DNA of 64,000 nt from Longimicrobiales bacterium (GTDB taxonomy: Bacteria; Gemmatimonadota; Gemmatimonadetes; Longimicrobiales; Gaopeijiaceae): contig OZ241892.1 of NCBI GenBank assembly GCA_965203485.1, forward strand, positions 96,001 to 160,000. Reading direction: 5' to 3'. The translations under genes were made by a program, and so were the position numbers. Positions within the stretch are counted from its first letter, which is position 1. The number at the start of each line of letters is the position of its first letter. Shown piece by piece: positions 9,985 through 20,180 of this stretch. The notes under the pieces are model-generated. The model made no database searches and had not been told where the DNA came from. It saw only the letters and a program-made list of their open reading frames with translations.

Positions 9985-11538
9985 ATGATCGACAAGCAAC
10001 TGAGAGACGTTTGGCCCCGCCTTCAGGCGAAGAAGCGCCAGATGCGGGACTTCCTTTCGGAGATATCCCTCACGGGCCTTCGCGGGATGGACGGCCTTCG
10101 CGTGATCTTCGACTACCCGGTCAGCGTCATCGCCGGCGGCAATGCCAGCGGCAAGTCCACCGTCTTGTTTGCGGCGGCGTGCGCCTACAAGGTGCCCGGG
10201 GCGGGCGTCAGGGACTTCGTGCCTTCCACGTTGTTCCCCGACTATCGCGCGAAGGCCGGCAACCGCCGGGACGAACGAAGCGAAGTCGTCATGGACTTCG
10301 AATATTCCACGCCTCGGGGCAGGCGCTCCATGCGTTGGCGACGGTCGAAGAGCTGGAACCGGAGCTTCTTCGGCCGCAAGAACGCCCGGCAACCGGAACG
10401 ATCCGTCTATTTGCGGACGCTGGCCAATCTGACCAACCCCGCCGAAGTTCGGGGCGTGCTGGCCATGTCGCATCTTCATGTCCCGCCCGAGGAGACCGCC
10501 CTCACGCCGTGGGAGAGCGATTTCGCACAGCGCATGTTTCCGTTCCGGTACGCGGAAGTGGTGAATCTTTCGAGCGAACGCAAGAGCCTTCTCTTTGCCG
10601 TCCAGGAAGGCGGAGTGAGATATTCCGAGTTGCATATGGCCGCCGGAGAGCGGGCCATCCTTCGGTTGGCGCAAGAGATCGCGCACATGAAGGACGGCTT
10701 GATTCTCATAGATGAAGTGGAGGCGGGACTGCATCCGTGGGTGCAACAACTGCTGATGCTGCAACTGCAAAAGCTGGCATTGCGGAACAGCCTGCAAGTC
10801 ATCGTGACTTCGCACAGTCCGGTCGTGCTGAACGCGGTTCCAGCGACGGGCCGCATTTTCTTGGAGCGCGACGAGAAGGGGCGCGTCTCGGTCGTGGACG
10901 CCTACCGAGACATCGTGCAGAGTGCGCTCTATGGCCGCGCCGCGCACACGCTAAACGTGCTGTGCGAAGACGAAGCCGCCGAAGCAATCTTGAGGGGCGT
11001 GTTGGACGACATCGCATCGCGCGAGGGACTCAACCGGGAATCGATCAAGATCGGCCGGGACACGGGGGCCAGCGAGTTTCCGGGCCATGCGAGCGCCCTC
11101 CGGAAGTTCGGCCAAGTCGAAAACGTGATCTTCGTCCTGGACGGGGACAGGAAAGGCAAGCGCGACGAGGAAGCCATCCGCCGAGCGGCCGGCAGAGACG
11201 TCCCGGTCTTGTTCTTGCCGGGCGCGGCCGGCCCCGAGGCCTGGATCTGGGAACAACTTCGGAAGAACGCCGGCCAGAGCGCCGCCGCGTTCGGCCTCGG
11301 CGCCAACGAACTCGCGCAGAAGATGAGACGTCTCGCCGCGGTCTTCGACGGCACGGACGGCCGTCCGCCGGAGATTGCGAAGCTCAAGATGGTTCGGCTG
11401 GCCGAATCCCTTGATCGCACGGTCGCCGACCTCTGCCGCACGGCAATCGTCATCGAGGCAAGGCGGAAGGAGAGCGACATTCAGCCGTTGATCGCGGACC
11501 TGGCGGAAGCCGTTCACCGCTGGCGTACGGAGATCTGA
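9985..11538 (+). CDS. ABC/AAA ATPase with C-terminal TOPRIM-like domain (OLD-family-like)
   Basis: GGNASGKST, HMAAGE, LIDEVEAGLHP, VTSHS, then VLCED and VLDGD; GGAGG RBS. Confidence 0.8.
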   Translation: MIDKQLRDVWPRLQAKKRQMRDFLSEISLTGLRGMDGLRVIFDYPVSVIAGGNASGKSTVLFAAACAYKVPGAGVRDFVPSTLFPDYRAKAGNRRDERSEVVMDFEYSTPRGRRSMRWRRSKSWNRSFFGRKNARQPERSVYLRTLANLTNPAEVRGVLAMSHLHVPPEETALTPWESDFAQRMFPFRYAEVVNLSSERKSLLFAVQEGGVRYSELHMAAGERAILRLAQEIAHMKDGLILIDEVEAGLHPWVQQLLMLQLQKLALRNSLQVIVTSHSPVVLNAVPATGRIFLERDEKGRVSVVDAYRDIVQSALYGRAAHTLNVLCEDEAAEAILRGVLDDIASREGLNRESIKIGRDTGASEFPGHASALRKFGQVENVIFVLDGDRKGKRDEEAIRRAAGRDVPVLFLPGAAGPEAWIWEQLRKNAGQSAAAFGLGANELAQKMRRLAAVFDGTDGRPPEIAKLKMVRLAESLDRTVADLCRTAIVIEARRKESDIQPLIADLAEAVHRWRTEI

Positions 11539-11578
11539 CGCGCCGCTCGGGCGCCGGTGCCTTCGAGCGCCTCGAAAC

Positions 11579-12556
11579 CTATCCGTGCGCCAGGAACCGC
11601 TCCGCCTCCAGGGCGGCCATGCACCCCGTGCCCGCCGCCGAGACGGCCTGCCGGTAGAAGTCGTCCATCACGTCGCCTGCCGCGAAGACGCCGGGCACGT
11701 TCGTCTCCGTTCGCCACGAGACCGGCAGGCGCACGTAGCCGTTGTCCTTGAGGTCGACCTGGCCCTCCAGGAATGCGGTGTTGGGCGTGTGGCCGATCGC
11801 CACGAAGAGGCCGCCGACATCCAAGTTGCTTTCCTCGCCGGTCTCCGTGTCGCGCAGGCGCACGCCCGCGATCTCTTCTTCTCCCAGCACCTCCACCACG
11901 ACCTTGTTCCACAAGAAGCGGATCGCCGGATTGGCCATCGCCCTGTCCTGCATGATCCGCGATGCTCGCAGTTCGGCTCGGCGGTGCACCACAAGCACCT
12001 CGCCCGCGAACTTGGTCATGTAGAGGGCGTCCTCCATGGCGCTGTCGCCCCCTCCCACGACGGCGATCGTCCGTCCGCGAAAGAAGGGCAGCGCCCCGTC
12101 GCACACGGCGCACGCCGACACTCCCCCGCCGCTCCTGGCCAGCCGCTCCTCGCCCGGAGCCCCTAGCCAGCGCGCATTGGCTCCCGTGGCCACGACGACC
12201 GCCTTCGCCCGCACTTCCTTTCCTTCGGACGAGCGCAACACGAAGGGCCGCGCCGACAAGTCCATCCGAACCACGTCCTCGGTCAGCACGCGCGTGTCGA
12301 AGCGCAACGCCTGCTTGCGGAAGTCCGTCATCATGTCGATGCCGCCGACGCCGTCGGGAAAGCCGGGGTAGTTCTCCACGTCGGTGGTGAACATGAGCTG
12401 TCCGCCGGGCACCATCGTCCGGCTGGGCGCGCCCTCGAAGACGAGCGGGGCCAAGTTGGCGCGGGCCGCGTAGATGGCGGCGGTCCAGCCGGCCGGCCCG
12501 GACCCCACGACGACAAGCGACTCCGGGTCGGCGATCTCCGTCTTCGAGGACGACAC
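11579..12556 (-). CDS. trxB: Thioredoxin-disulfide reductase
   Basis: GSGPAG, GGQL, VENYPGF, SACAVCDG, GGGDSA, HRR, AAGDV. Confidence 0.95.
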   Translation of the reverse strand: MSSSKTEIADPESLVVVGSGPAGWTAAIYAARANLAPLVFEGAPSRTMVPGGQLMFTTDVENYPGFPDGVGGIDMMTDFRKQALRFDTRVLTEDVVRMDLSARPFVLRSSEGKEVRAKAVVVATGANARWLGAPGEERLARSGGGVSACAVCDGALPFFRGRTIAVVGGGDSAMEDALYMTKFAGEVLVVHRRAELRASRIMQDRAMANPAIRFLWNKVVVEVLGEEEIAGVRLRDTETGEESNLDVGGLFVAIGHTPNTAFLEGQVDLKDNGYVRLPVSWRTETNVPGVFAAGDVMDDFYRQAVSAAGTGCMAALEAERFLAHG

Positions 12557-12575
12557 CTAGCCGTCTAGATCCGCG

Positions 12576-13718
12576 CTAGACCCATCCCTTGGCCCGGAAG
12601 TCCCGCAACGTGTCGCAGAAGCGTCCCATGTCCTCGGGCAGGCCGAACGAGAGCCGGCTCCAGTCGAGCATGGGCGGGAAGTCGCGTCCGACGAGGAACC
12701 CGGCTTCGGCCATGCGGTTCCGGTACGTCGCCTGGTCGCCGCTGATCCGGTGCATGAGGAAGTTGGTCTGGGTAGGCATGCGCTCGAGCCCCAGCTCGTC
12801 CAGCGTGGCCTCGACCATCGCGCGGGACTTGCCGTTCACCTCGCGACTCTTCTTTACGAGGGCCTCGTCCCGGAACGACGCGGAGGCCGCCGCCAGCGCG
12901 AACTGGTTGATGTTGTTGCGCGACGCGAAGTCCGAAATGCGGGCGGCCGTGTCCGGATGGGCGACGCCGTAGCCGAGGCGAAGGCCGGCCATGCCGTATA
13001 TCTTGGAGAACGTCTTGACGACGAGGACGTTGCGCTTCTCCTCGATCCAGCGCAGCGAGCTCCACATCCGCTCGTCTTCCACGTACTCGATGTACGCCTC
13101 GTCCGAGAGGAAGAAGACGTGCTCCGGCGCGTCGGCGATCCATGCGTCGATGTCGGCGCTGGGCGTGATCGTCGCGGTCGGGTTGTTGGGGTTGCACAGG
13201 TAGACCAGCGCGGGCCGGCCCGAACTCTCGGCGGCTTCGCGCATCCGGCCCAGGTCGTGCTCGTGCTTGGCGTTGATCGGCACCTTGACGAGTTCGTAGG
13301 ACTCGGTGCGCTGGTAGTTCGTGACGGCCTCGTAGGTGGGGTCCGCCATGACCAGCCGGGCGCGCGGCGCCGCGAACGCCTGCACGGCCATCTGCAGCAC
13401 CTCCGCCGACCCCGTGCCGAGGACGATCTGGCCCTCGGAGACTCCATGGCCCGCCGCCACCTTCGAGACGACGTCGGCGTGCTGGTCCGACGGATAGCGG
13501 TTCGCGAGCTCCATCGCATCGAGCACCGCGTCCTTGGCCGCCGGAGCGATGCCCAGCGGATTCTCGTTCGAGTTGAGCCGCACGCCCCCGCCGGGCATGC
13601 GCCGTCCGCCCCAGACCGAAAGGCCCGCCATTGGCCGCGCCGAGCCGGCCAGCGTTCCGGCCGTGCCCGCTGCGATGCCGGAGAACGCCCCGGCCCTGAT
13701 GAAGTCGCGACGCCGCAT
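12576..13718 (-). CDS. Class I/II PLP aminotransferase (HisC-like) with Tat signal peptide
   Basis: MRRRDFIR twin-arginine leader; LNSNENP, CNPNNPT, DEAY, KTFSKIYGMAGLRLGY. Confidence 0.88.
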   Translation of the reverse strand: MRRRDFIRAGAFSGIAAGTAGTLAGSARPMAGLSVWGGRRMPGGGVRLNSNENPLGIAPAAKDAVLDAMELANRYPSDQHADVVSKVAAGHGVSEGQIVLGTGSAEVLQMAVQAFAAPRARLVMADPTYEAVTNYQRTESYELVKVPINAKHEHDLGRMREAAESSGRPALVYLCNPNNPTATITPSADIDAWIADAPEHVFFLSDEAYIEYVEDERMWSSLRWIEEKRNVLVVKTFSKIYGMAGLRLGYGVAHPDTAARISDFASRNNINQFALAAASASFRDEALVKKSREVNGKSRAMVEATLDELGLERMPTQTNFLMHRISGDQATYRNRMAEAGFLVGRDFPPMLDWSRLSFGLPEDMGRFCDTLRDFRAKGWV

Positions 13719-13851
13719 CCTGTCTTCTCCCGCCTAATGGTGAGTGGTTGATCCCGCGCCGCACAATGTGCAAGGCCGGCGGCCCGCGGGCAAGCTCGGG
13801 CCGAGCGGGGCGCGCATTGGGATGCTTCGAGCCGCGCTTCGTCTCGCCGCC

Positions 13852-15582
13852 TCAGTTCCGCAGCAGATCGTCCCGCTTGCCGGTCATCTCCCACCGTACG
13901 AGCGTCACCGGAACGACGCCGCTGGCGAAGAATTCGTCGAAGAAGCGCCCGACCGAGAACGCGGCGCCTTCCTGGATGGCCCACTCCGCCATCAGCTCCT
14001 CGATCTGGACCTTGCCCGTCAGGTAGCTGGTGCCGTAGCCGGGCTGCTGCAGATAGAGATGCTGCTCGTTGCGCACCAAGTCGGCGTCGGGCAGCCAGCC
14101 CCTGGGCGTCCAGGCGGTGGCGTGCGCAACGGCCTCCTCCATGTCGAAGACGCCCCCGTGGAGGTAGAGGCCGCTGAGCGCGCGCGCCGCTCGTTGCGCC
14201 AGCATGATCCACACCAGCTCCCGCGAGCGCGGACTCTCGGCGAAGAGGCCCGCGTGCATCATCATCTCCTCCATGCCGGTCGCCAGCCCTTCCGAGCGGC
14301 CGTCCCAGATGTTGAAGAGCAGGGGCTCGCTGCGCACCCTGCTGGGGTGGGGCGTCTCGGCCATCGCGGCGAGTTCGATCCAGTGGTGCAGGTGCGTCCG
14401 CATCACCAGGGGATCGCGGTAGTTGACCTCGCTGAAGAAGTTGCGAATCTCGCCCGGGGCGGCGGGCGTGAAGGCGCCGTTCTTGGCGCGCAGCGCGGGC
14501 GCCATCCACGGCTGCACCGTCTGTATGCGGTCCTCGTCCAGGAAGCGCACGTACTCGTCGACGGCGGCGTTCAGGCGGCGGTCGTACTCGTCAGGAGCGG
14601 CGATTCGGGCAAGGGGCGGCAGGTTCCGGTTGCGATGCTCTTCGAGCCGCAGCGAGGAGTGGGCGCGTGCCAGCTCGCGCCGCATCAGGGTCACCTGCTC
14701 CTCCCAGGAGAACGGCGACAAGTGCACGTTGCGCATGTACCAGGTGTAGTTGTCGCGGCCCACGCCGGACGCCCCCTGCTTGGACTCGGCTCGCTCGGCG
14801 ATCCAGTCGTGGAACTCCATCGTCGCCTGCCGGGCGGCGGCGACGGCGTCGTCCAGCGCCGCGCTCGTGCCCGCGACGCGCTCCGCGAACGCGTCGAGGT
14901 CGGACGCTTGGCGGCGGAAGGGCCGCAGTCCGGCCAGCCAGAGGTCGCGCGCGTCTCCGGAGAGGCTGGTCTTGGCCTGGTCGAGCAACGCCGGAACCAG
15001 TGCGATCCGCGAGGCGAGTTCCGCTGCGTCGCTGGGCGGCAACGGATAGCTGTACGTCCACAGATCGATCCAGTCGTGGACGACGGGCCCCTCGTGCGCC
15101 GGCACGTCGCTCTGCGCCGGGAAGATCGAAACGTAGAACGCCGGGTTGCGCTCCCAAGGGCGGCGTATTCGGTGATCGAAGTCGAGGCCGTTCATCTCCG
15201 CCCGGACGAGGTGCCAGTCGATCTGGTGCGCGACCGGCCACGTTTCCGGGTCGAGCGACGCAAGGCGCGCCTGCCACGCCGGCAGCTCCGCGAACTGGGC
15301 CGCCATTGCGTCCCGAGAGTAGTCCGGCACGCCGCCCGCAAGGCGAGGCGCCGCGAACTCGCGCCATTCGGCGAACAGCGCCTCCAGCGCCTCGTGCCCG
15401 CCGCCGCCGTCCGGTTGGCTTGTCGCGCCGCCGCCGCGCGATCCGTCCGCGCAGGCCAAGCTCAAGCTCGACAGCAGGGCAACGAGCGGAGAAGCCGTGC
15501 GCGCCGCCGCGCCCGCCCGCGCGGAAGCGCAACGCCGGCTGGGCGGGAGACGACAACGTCTGCGAGCGAGCAAGTGCGGCAC
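13852..15582 (-). CDS. DUF885-like lipoprotein (putative metallo-hydrolase); start uncertain
   Basis: LSLAC lipobox; THLHH, EGLA and QPGYGTSYLTGK resemble the DUF885 C-terminus. Confidence 0.65.
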   Translation of the reverse strand: MPHLLARRRCRLPPSRRCASARAGAAARTASPLVALLSSLSLACADGSRGGGATSQPDGGGGHEALEALFAEWREFAAPRLAGGVPDYSRDAMAAQFAELPAWQARLASLDPETWPVAHQIDWHLVRAEMNGLDFDHRIRRPWERNPAFYVSIFPAQSDVPAHEGPVVHDWIDLWTYSYPLPPSDAAELASRIALVPALLDQAKTSLSGDARDLWLAGLRPFRRQASDLDAFAERVAGTSAALDDAVAAARQATMEFHDWIAERAESKQGASGVGRDNYTWYMRNVHLSPFSWEEQVTLMRRELARAHSSLRLEEHRNRNLPPLARIAAPDEYDRRLNAAVDEYVRFLDEDRIQTVQPWMAPALRAKNGAFTPAAPGEIRNFFSEVNYRDPLVMRTHLHHWIELAAMAETPHPSRVRSEPLLFNIWDGRSEGLATGMEEMMMHAGLFAESPRSRELVWIMLAQRAARALSGLYLHGGVFDMEEAVAHATAWTPRGWLPDADLVRNEQHLYLQQPGYGTSYLTGKVQIEELMAEWAIQEGAAFSVGRFFDEFFASGVVPVTLVRWEMTGKRDDLLRN

Positions 15583-15790
15583 GGCACGGACTCCGGGCGA
15601 GAAGGGGGAACGAAAGAATTCTTCGGCGATTCTCGATTCTTCGGCGGGAATCGTTGCCGCGCAAGCCGCCGGGCGCCCCATCCGCGGCGCGGCGCGCCCG
15701 GGCCGACTGGCGCGTCGTCTCTTGTGCCCGGCATCTTCCAAGTTTGCCTGCGGCCCGCGTGCGGCGTCCGACCTGGGGGCCGCGGGCTCG

Positions 15791-16762
15791 TTGCCCGCTC
15801 ACGCCCGAATCTCCGAGTACGCCTTGCCCGCAGACCCGCCCCCGCGGCTCCCAGGCCCGTCGGTGTCGGCCGACTGGCTGGCGGCCCGCCTGTCCATGCC
15901 CGGGCTGGTGGTGCTGGACGGCTCCTGGCATCTCCCGACGTTCAGCGGCGGCGACCGGAAGGGGCGGCGGCGCACGGCCGCGACTGCGAGGGACGCGCAC
16001 GAGGAGTTCTTGAAGCGCCGCATTCCGGGTGCGCGCTTTTTCGACATCGACGCCTGCGGCGACGACGCCTCCGGCTTGCCGCACATGCTGCCCTCCCCGA
16101 AGAGGTTTCGCGAATGCACCGCCGAGGTGGGAGCGTCCGACGACTCGGTCGTGGTGGTCTACGACTCGTCGGGGACCAACCTCAGCGCTGCCCGCGTGTG
16201 GTGGATGTTCCGCTGCTTCGGCCACTCGGCCGCAGCCGTGCTGGACGGGGGCCTGGGGCGCTGGCGCCGCTCGGGCTTCCCTACCGAATCGGGCGATCCC
16301 GGCCCCGTGTCCGCTGGGCGGGGAGGCGTCGGCGGCCCGCTCCGTCGCGAGCTGGTGTGCGGCGTGGACGAAGTTGCGCGGGCGGTCGGCGACCCGGACG
16401 TTCAAGTCGTGGACATGCGGCCCGCCGCGCGCTTCTCGGGCGCCGCGCCGGAGCCGAGGAAGGGACTGCGCCGAGGTCACGTGCCGGGGAGCCGCAACGT
16501 CCCCCACGCCGCGCTGGTGGACCGGCAGAGCGGACTGGCCGTCGGGGCTCGGGAGCTCCGGCAGATCCTGGAGGCGGCGGGCGTCGATCCGGCCAAGCGC
16601 CTGCTGTGCACGTGCGGGTCGGGCACGAGCGCCTGCGCCTTCGCGTGGACGCTGGCCCGCGCCGGCTACGGCGACGTCGCGATCTTCGACGGCTCTTGGG
16701 CCGAGTGGGGCGCCCGCCGCGACTTGCCGGTAGAGACGGGACCGGCCGGGCCGAGCGGCTAG
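15791..16762 (+). CDS. sseA: 3-mercaptopyruvate sulfurtransferase (two-domain rhodanese); start uncertain
   Basis: VSADWL, IPGARFFDID, AARVWW, GHVPGS, catalytic CGSGTSA, DGSWAEW. Confidence 0.88.
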   Translation: MPAHARISEYALPADPPPRLPGPSVSADWLAARLSMPGLVVLDGSWHLPTFSGGDRKGRRRTAATARDAHEEFLKRRIPGARFFDIDACGDDASGLPHMLPSPKRFRECTAEVGASDDSVVVVYDSSGTNLSAARVWWMFRCFGHSAAAVLDGGLGRWRRSGFPTESGDPGPVSAGRGGVGGPLRRELVCGVDEVARAVGDPDVQVVDMRPAARFSGAAPEPRKGLRRGHVPGSRNVPHAALVDRQSGLAVGARELRQILEAAGVDPAKRLLCTCGSGTSACAFAWTLARAGYGDVAIFDGSWAEWGARRDLPVETGPAGPSG

Positions 16763-17283
16763 GCTGGACTGGACGGTCGGGCGCCTCGCCGGCCCGGATA
16801 GCCGTCCACCCGCGAACCGGGCGGGTCGGCCCGCGCCGGTCCGGATCGCGATCCAGCCGCGCCCCGGGCGCCGTCCGCCCCCGGGGCCTGCTTGATCGCG
16901 TTCACCCCGCCGCGCATCGCGCCGAAGAACCATTCGCCCGACAGCAGGTCGTCGTCCACGGCGAAGCGGAGGACGATCGTCTCGCCCGCGTCATCTCCGG
17001 GCGCGGTCGCGGCCCTCACGGTCAGCCGGCCCTGCTCCACCTGCACGTTGCGGATGCTCGCGGACAGGCTTCCCGCCGAGAGCTGCCCGCCGTAGCGGCC
17101 CGGCTCGCCGCGGACGACCATTCGTCCCTCCTGGACGCCGCCCTCCCAAGAAAGCACGAGATCGTAGCTTCCCACCGGGTCGAAAGCGGCGCCGGAGGGG
17201 GACGGAGGGCGTCCAAGGGCCGCGCTGCAGCTCGCGCCCCAAACGGCCGCCGCCGCAACGATCAATGCGGACGCCGGCGCCAT
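16759..17283 (-). CDS. Hypothetical exported protein/lipoprotein
   Basis: Hydrophobic leader ending GASC followed by a small beta-rich domain. Confidence 0.5.
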   Translation of the reverse strand: MAPASALIVAAAAVWGASCSAALGRPPSPSGAAFDPVGSYDLVLSWEGGVQEGRMVVRGEPGRYGGQLSAGSLSASIRNVQVEQGRLTVRAATAPGDDAGETIVLRFAVDDDLLSGEWFFGAMRGGVNAIKQAPGADGARGAAGSRSGPARADPPGSRVDGYPGRRGARPSSPA

Positions 17284-17297
17284 GGCGGCAAGCCGCC

Positions 17298-17564
17298 TCA
17301 GGCGGAGACGGTCGTCGTCGCCACCCAGTCGGCCAAGTCGCGAATGCCGCCCATGACAGTGTCGCCGATGGCGGCGAGCGCCCTTTCCACCATGGTCTGC
17401 TCCAGCAGGCCCAGCCACACGGCGACCGCCACGACCAGCCCCACCGGCACGAGCACCTTGATCGCCGCGCGCGCCACCTCGCGGAACACGGCGGCCACCA
17501 CCGCCACGATCACGACCAGCACCACCAATTCCCCGATCATCGCCGGGACCGCCAAGTCAGTCAT
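17298..17564 (-). CDS. Small hypothetical membrane protein
   Basis: GGAGG RBS; two hydrophobic helices. Confidence 0.6.
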   Translation of the reverse strand: MTDLAVPAMIGELVVLVVIVAVVAAVFREVARAAIKVLVPVGLVVAVAVWLGLLEQTMVERALAAIGDTVMGGIRDLADWVATTTVSA

Positions 17565-17764
17565 TTCCACACCTCCCCGTGGTCTCCTCCGCAAGCCTCG
17601 CCCGGACAGGCCCCCCGTCGCGCGCGCCGACGGCGAAGCGCCGGCACGCAAGAAGCCGACCTGGCGACGCGGCCGGGCAAGGCGCATGAGCTGCCCGCCC
17701 GGACGAGAGCATTGCGATTCCTAATGCGACGACGGCCCACCGCCGCCGCTCCAGCCGACCGGAA

Positions 17765-18052
17765 TCAGGAAGCGACTACGTCCTTCAGCCCCTTCGCGGC
17801 CTTGAACGCGGGCACGTCCTTCGCGGGCACGTCGATCGTCGCGCCGGTCTGCGGATTCCGTGCCGTTCCGGCCTTCCGGTGCCTCGCCATGAACGTTCCG
17901 AAGCCTCCGATGGTCACGCGCCCGCCGCTGCACATCGCGTTGGCGATGATGCCGTCCTGCGGGTTGAACACGGCGTCCACGGCGCGGGCGGCGTCCGCTT
18001 GGCTCAAGTCGGTCCGCTCCGCGAGCTCTTTGCCCAGTTCGGTCTTGTTCAC
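17765..18052 (-). CDS. hup: HU family DNA-binding protein
   Basis: MNKTEL, GFGTF, ARNPQTG, PAFKAAKGLKD. Confidence 0.93.
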   Translation of the reverse strand: MNKTELGKELAERTDLSQADAARAVDAVFNPQDGIIANAMCSGGRVTIGGFGTFMARHRKAGTARNPQTGATIDVPAKDVPAFKAAKGLKDVVAS

Positions 18053-18289
18053 TCAGCCTGCTCCTGTCGGTTGATCCCGGACGGCGCCGGGAGCGTCATG
18101 AGTTGCTGGCCCGCCGATCGGACGGGTCGCGCCGCGGGCCAGCGTGCGAACAGCATGCCTAGTAATGTTGCAGAGTTGCGCCGCTTCGCAAGTGCGCGTC
18201 GAAATTCGGAGTCCGTGGATGCCGCGTTCGCGCGGCAAGGTCCGCGCCGGCCGCCCCAACCTCTAGCGTCCGATGGAGGAAGCCGCCAC

Positions 18290-19330
18290 GTGAAGGCCGC
18301 CGTCTACCACGAGTTCGGAGGTCCGGTCGCGGTTGCGACTCTGCCCGACCCGGTTCCCGAGCCCGGCGGCGCCGTGTTGCGGGTGCGGGCCAATGGCGTC
18401 TGTCGCAGCGACTGGCACGGATGGAAGGGCCACGATCCCGACATCGTCCTGCCGCACGTGCCGGGCCACGAGATTGCGGGGGTGGTCGAAGAGGTGGGCG
18501 GCGGCGTGGTTCGCTGGCGGCCGGGCGACCGCGTGACGGTGCCCTTCATCGCCGGTTGCGGGCGATGCGGCTCCTGCAGAAGGGGCCAGCAGCAGGTCTG
18601 CCGCCGCCAGCACCAACCCGGATTTCACGGGTGGGGCGGGTTCGCCGAGCTGGTGGCCGTGCGGCACGCCGACCTGACGCTGGTCGCGATCCCCGAGGCG
18701 TTGGACTTCGTCGCGGCTGCCGGGCTGGGTTGCCGCTTCGCGACGGCGTTTCGCGCGGTGCGGTTGCAGGGACGCGCGAGCGGGGGCGACTGGGTGGCGG
18801 TTCACGGTTGCGGAGGCGTGGGATTGGCCGCGGTGATGATCGCGCGGGCGCTGGGCGCGAACCCGGTGGCCGTGGACGTTCGGCCGGAGGCGCTGGCGAT
18901 GGCCCGGCGCGTGGGAGCCGAAGCGGTCGTGGACGCGGGCGCCGTGGACGACGTGGCCGGGGCGGTCCGCGACGCGACCGGCGGCGGCGCGCACGTGTCG
19001 GTGGACGCGGTCGGCGGGCCGGACGCCTGCTTCGCTTCGGTGGCCGGCCTGCGCCGGCGCGGCAGGCACGTGCAGGTCGGGCTCATGGGAAGCGAGGGAC
19101 GAGCGGCCGTGCCGATGGACCGCATCATCGCCTGGGAGCTGGAGATTCTCGGCAGCCACGGCCTGCAGGCCCACGAATACGGCCGCGTCCTGCGGATGGT
19201 CGCCGCAGGCGTGGTGGACCCGGGAGCGTTGGTGACCCGCACCGTCTCGCTGGCCGAGGGCGCGCGCGTCCTGGAGGGGATGGACGAGTACAACGTCGTC
19301 GGGCTGGCGGTCATCGACCGCTTCGAGTAG
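18290..19330 (+). CDS. Zinc-dependent alcohol dehydrogenase family protein
   Basis: CRSD, PGHE, CGRCGSC..C, GCGGVG; GGAGG RBS before the GTG at 18290. Confidence 0.9.
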   Translation: MKAAVYHEFGGPVAVATLPDPVPEPGGAVLRVRANGVCRSDWHGWKGHDPDIVLPHVPGHEIAGVVEEVGGGVVRWRPGDRVTVPFIAGCGRCGSCRRGQQQVCRRQHQPGFHGWGGFAELVAVRHADLTLVAIPEALDFVAAAGLGCRFATAFRAVRLQGRASGGDWVAVHGCGGVGLAAVMIARALGANPVAVDVRPEALAMARRVGAEAVVDAGAVDDVAGAVRDATGGGAHVSVDAVGGPDACFASVAGLRRRGRHVQVGLMGSEGRAAVPMDRIIAWELEILGSHGLQAHEYGRVLRMVAAGVVDPGALVTRTVSLAEGARVLEGMDEYNVVGLAVIDRFE

Positions 19331-20177
19331 GGGGGGACGCAGGCGTTGCGGGCGATTGCGGCGGCTGGCCGGCGGGCGCAATTCCGAAGGGCGTCCAGGT
19401 CGTGCCGTTGCGGCGCGTCTCGCGGCGGATCGAGCGGTTCTGCGCCAGGACGGCGGGGTCGGCGTAGCTCCGCGCGTGGTCGAGGTGCAGGCACACGGCG
19501 CGGTAGCGCACCTGAAGGCCCCGCACGCCCAGGTTCTCCAAGCGCTCGCCCAGCTCGCGGTCCAAGCCGCCGTAGCCCATGCGCTCGTCGAATCCGTTCA
19601 CGGCCAGCACGTCCCGCCGCCAAGCCGACGCGTTGTGTCCATTCCACGTCGGCCGGGTGGTCGTGAGACGGTCCGCCGCCCGGCACACCCAGCGCGGGGT
19701 TCGCAGCTTGGCGGCCCGGCCGGCGCCGGGCACGGCTCCCCGTCCGAGCCACCGCGGCGAGAAGGCGCGCCCGGAGTCCACGCTGGCGCGGTCGATGCGC
19801 CGGCTGGCGGCGGCGGACAGCTTGACGTAGCCGCCCGAGAGGAAGCGGCCGGGCCTAGCGAGCGTCGCGTGCACGGCCAGGAAGTCGTGGCGCGGCACGC
19901 AGTCGCCGTCCGAGAAGACGATGTAGTCCCCGCTTGCCGCCGCGACGGCCTTGTTGAGCACGCGGCACTTGCGAAAGCCCTTGTCTTCCTGCCATACGTG
20001 CCGGAGGTCGAAGCCGCCGCCCCGGCGTCCGTCGATCACCGCGGCGGTCTCGGAGGTCGAGCCGTCGTCCGCCACGATCAGCTCGAAGTCCCGGAGCCGC
20101 TGGCGCGCCCATCCCCAGAGCGTCTTCTCCAGCCATTCCGGTTGTTGGTACGTCGTGAGCACGACCGTGATCCGCAC
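19311..20177 (-). CDS. Glycosyltransferase family 2
   Basis: ADDGS, FSDGD, NGFDE..YGGLD. Confidence 0.88.
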   Translation of the reverse strand: MRITVVLTTYQQPEWLEKTLWGWARQRLRDFELIVADDGSTSETAAVIDGRRGGGFDLRHVWQEDKGFRKCRVLNKAVAAASGDYIVFSDGDCVPRHDFLAVHATLARPGRFLSGGYVKLSAAASRRIDRASVDSGRAFSPRWLGRGAVPGAGRAAKLRTPRWVCRAADRLTTTRPTWNGHNASAWRRDVLAVNGFDERMGYGGLDRELGERLENLGVRGLQVRYRAVCLHLDHARSYADPAVLAQNRSIRRETRRNGTTWTPFGIAPAGQPPQSPATPASPPTRSGR

Positions 20178-20180
20178 GAT

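Noticed and set aside
1..11538. Naming the ATPase/TOPRIM genes as Gabija, PARIS, Septu or retron components
   Set aside because: No UvrD helicase, HNH nuclease or reverse transcriptase partner is visible; an HMM search is needed.
13744..17724. 1326-aa plus-strand ORF and similar long Arg/Ala/Pro-rich ORFs (e.g. 30768-33563 upstream part, 49690-52200)
   Set aside because: Shadow ORFs of real genes in high-GC DNA; no motifs.
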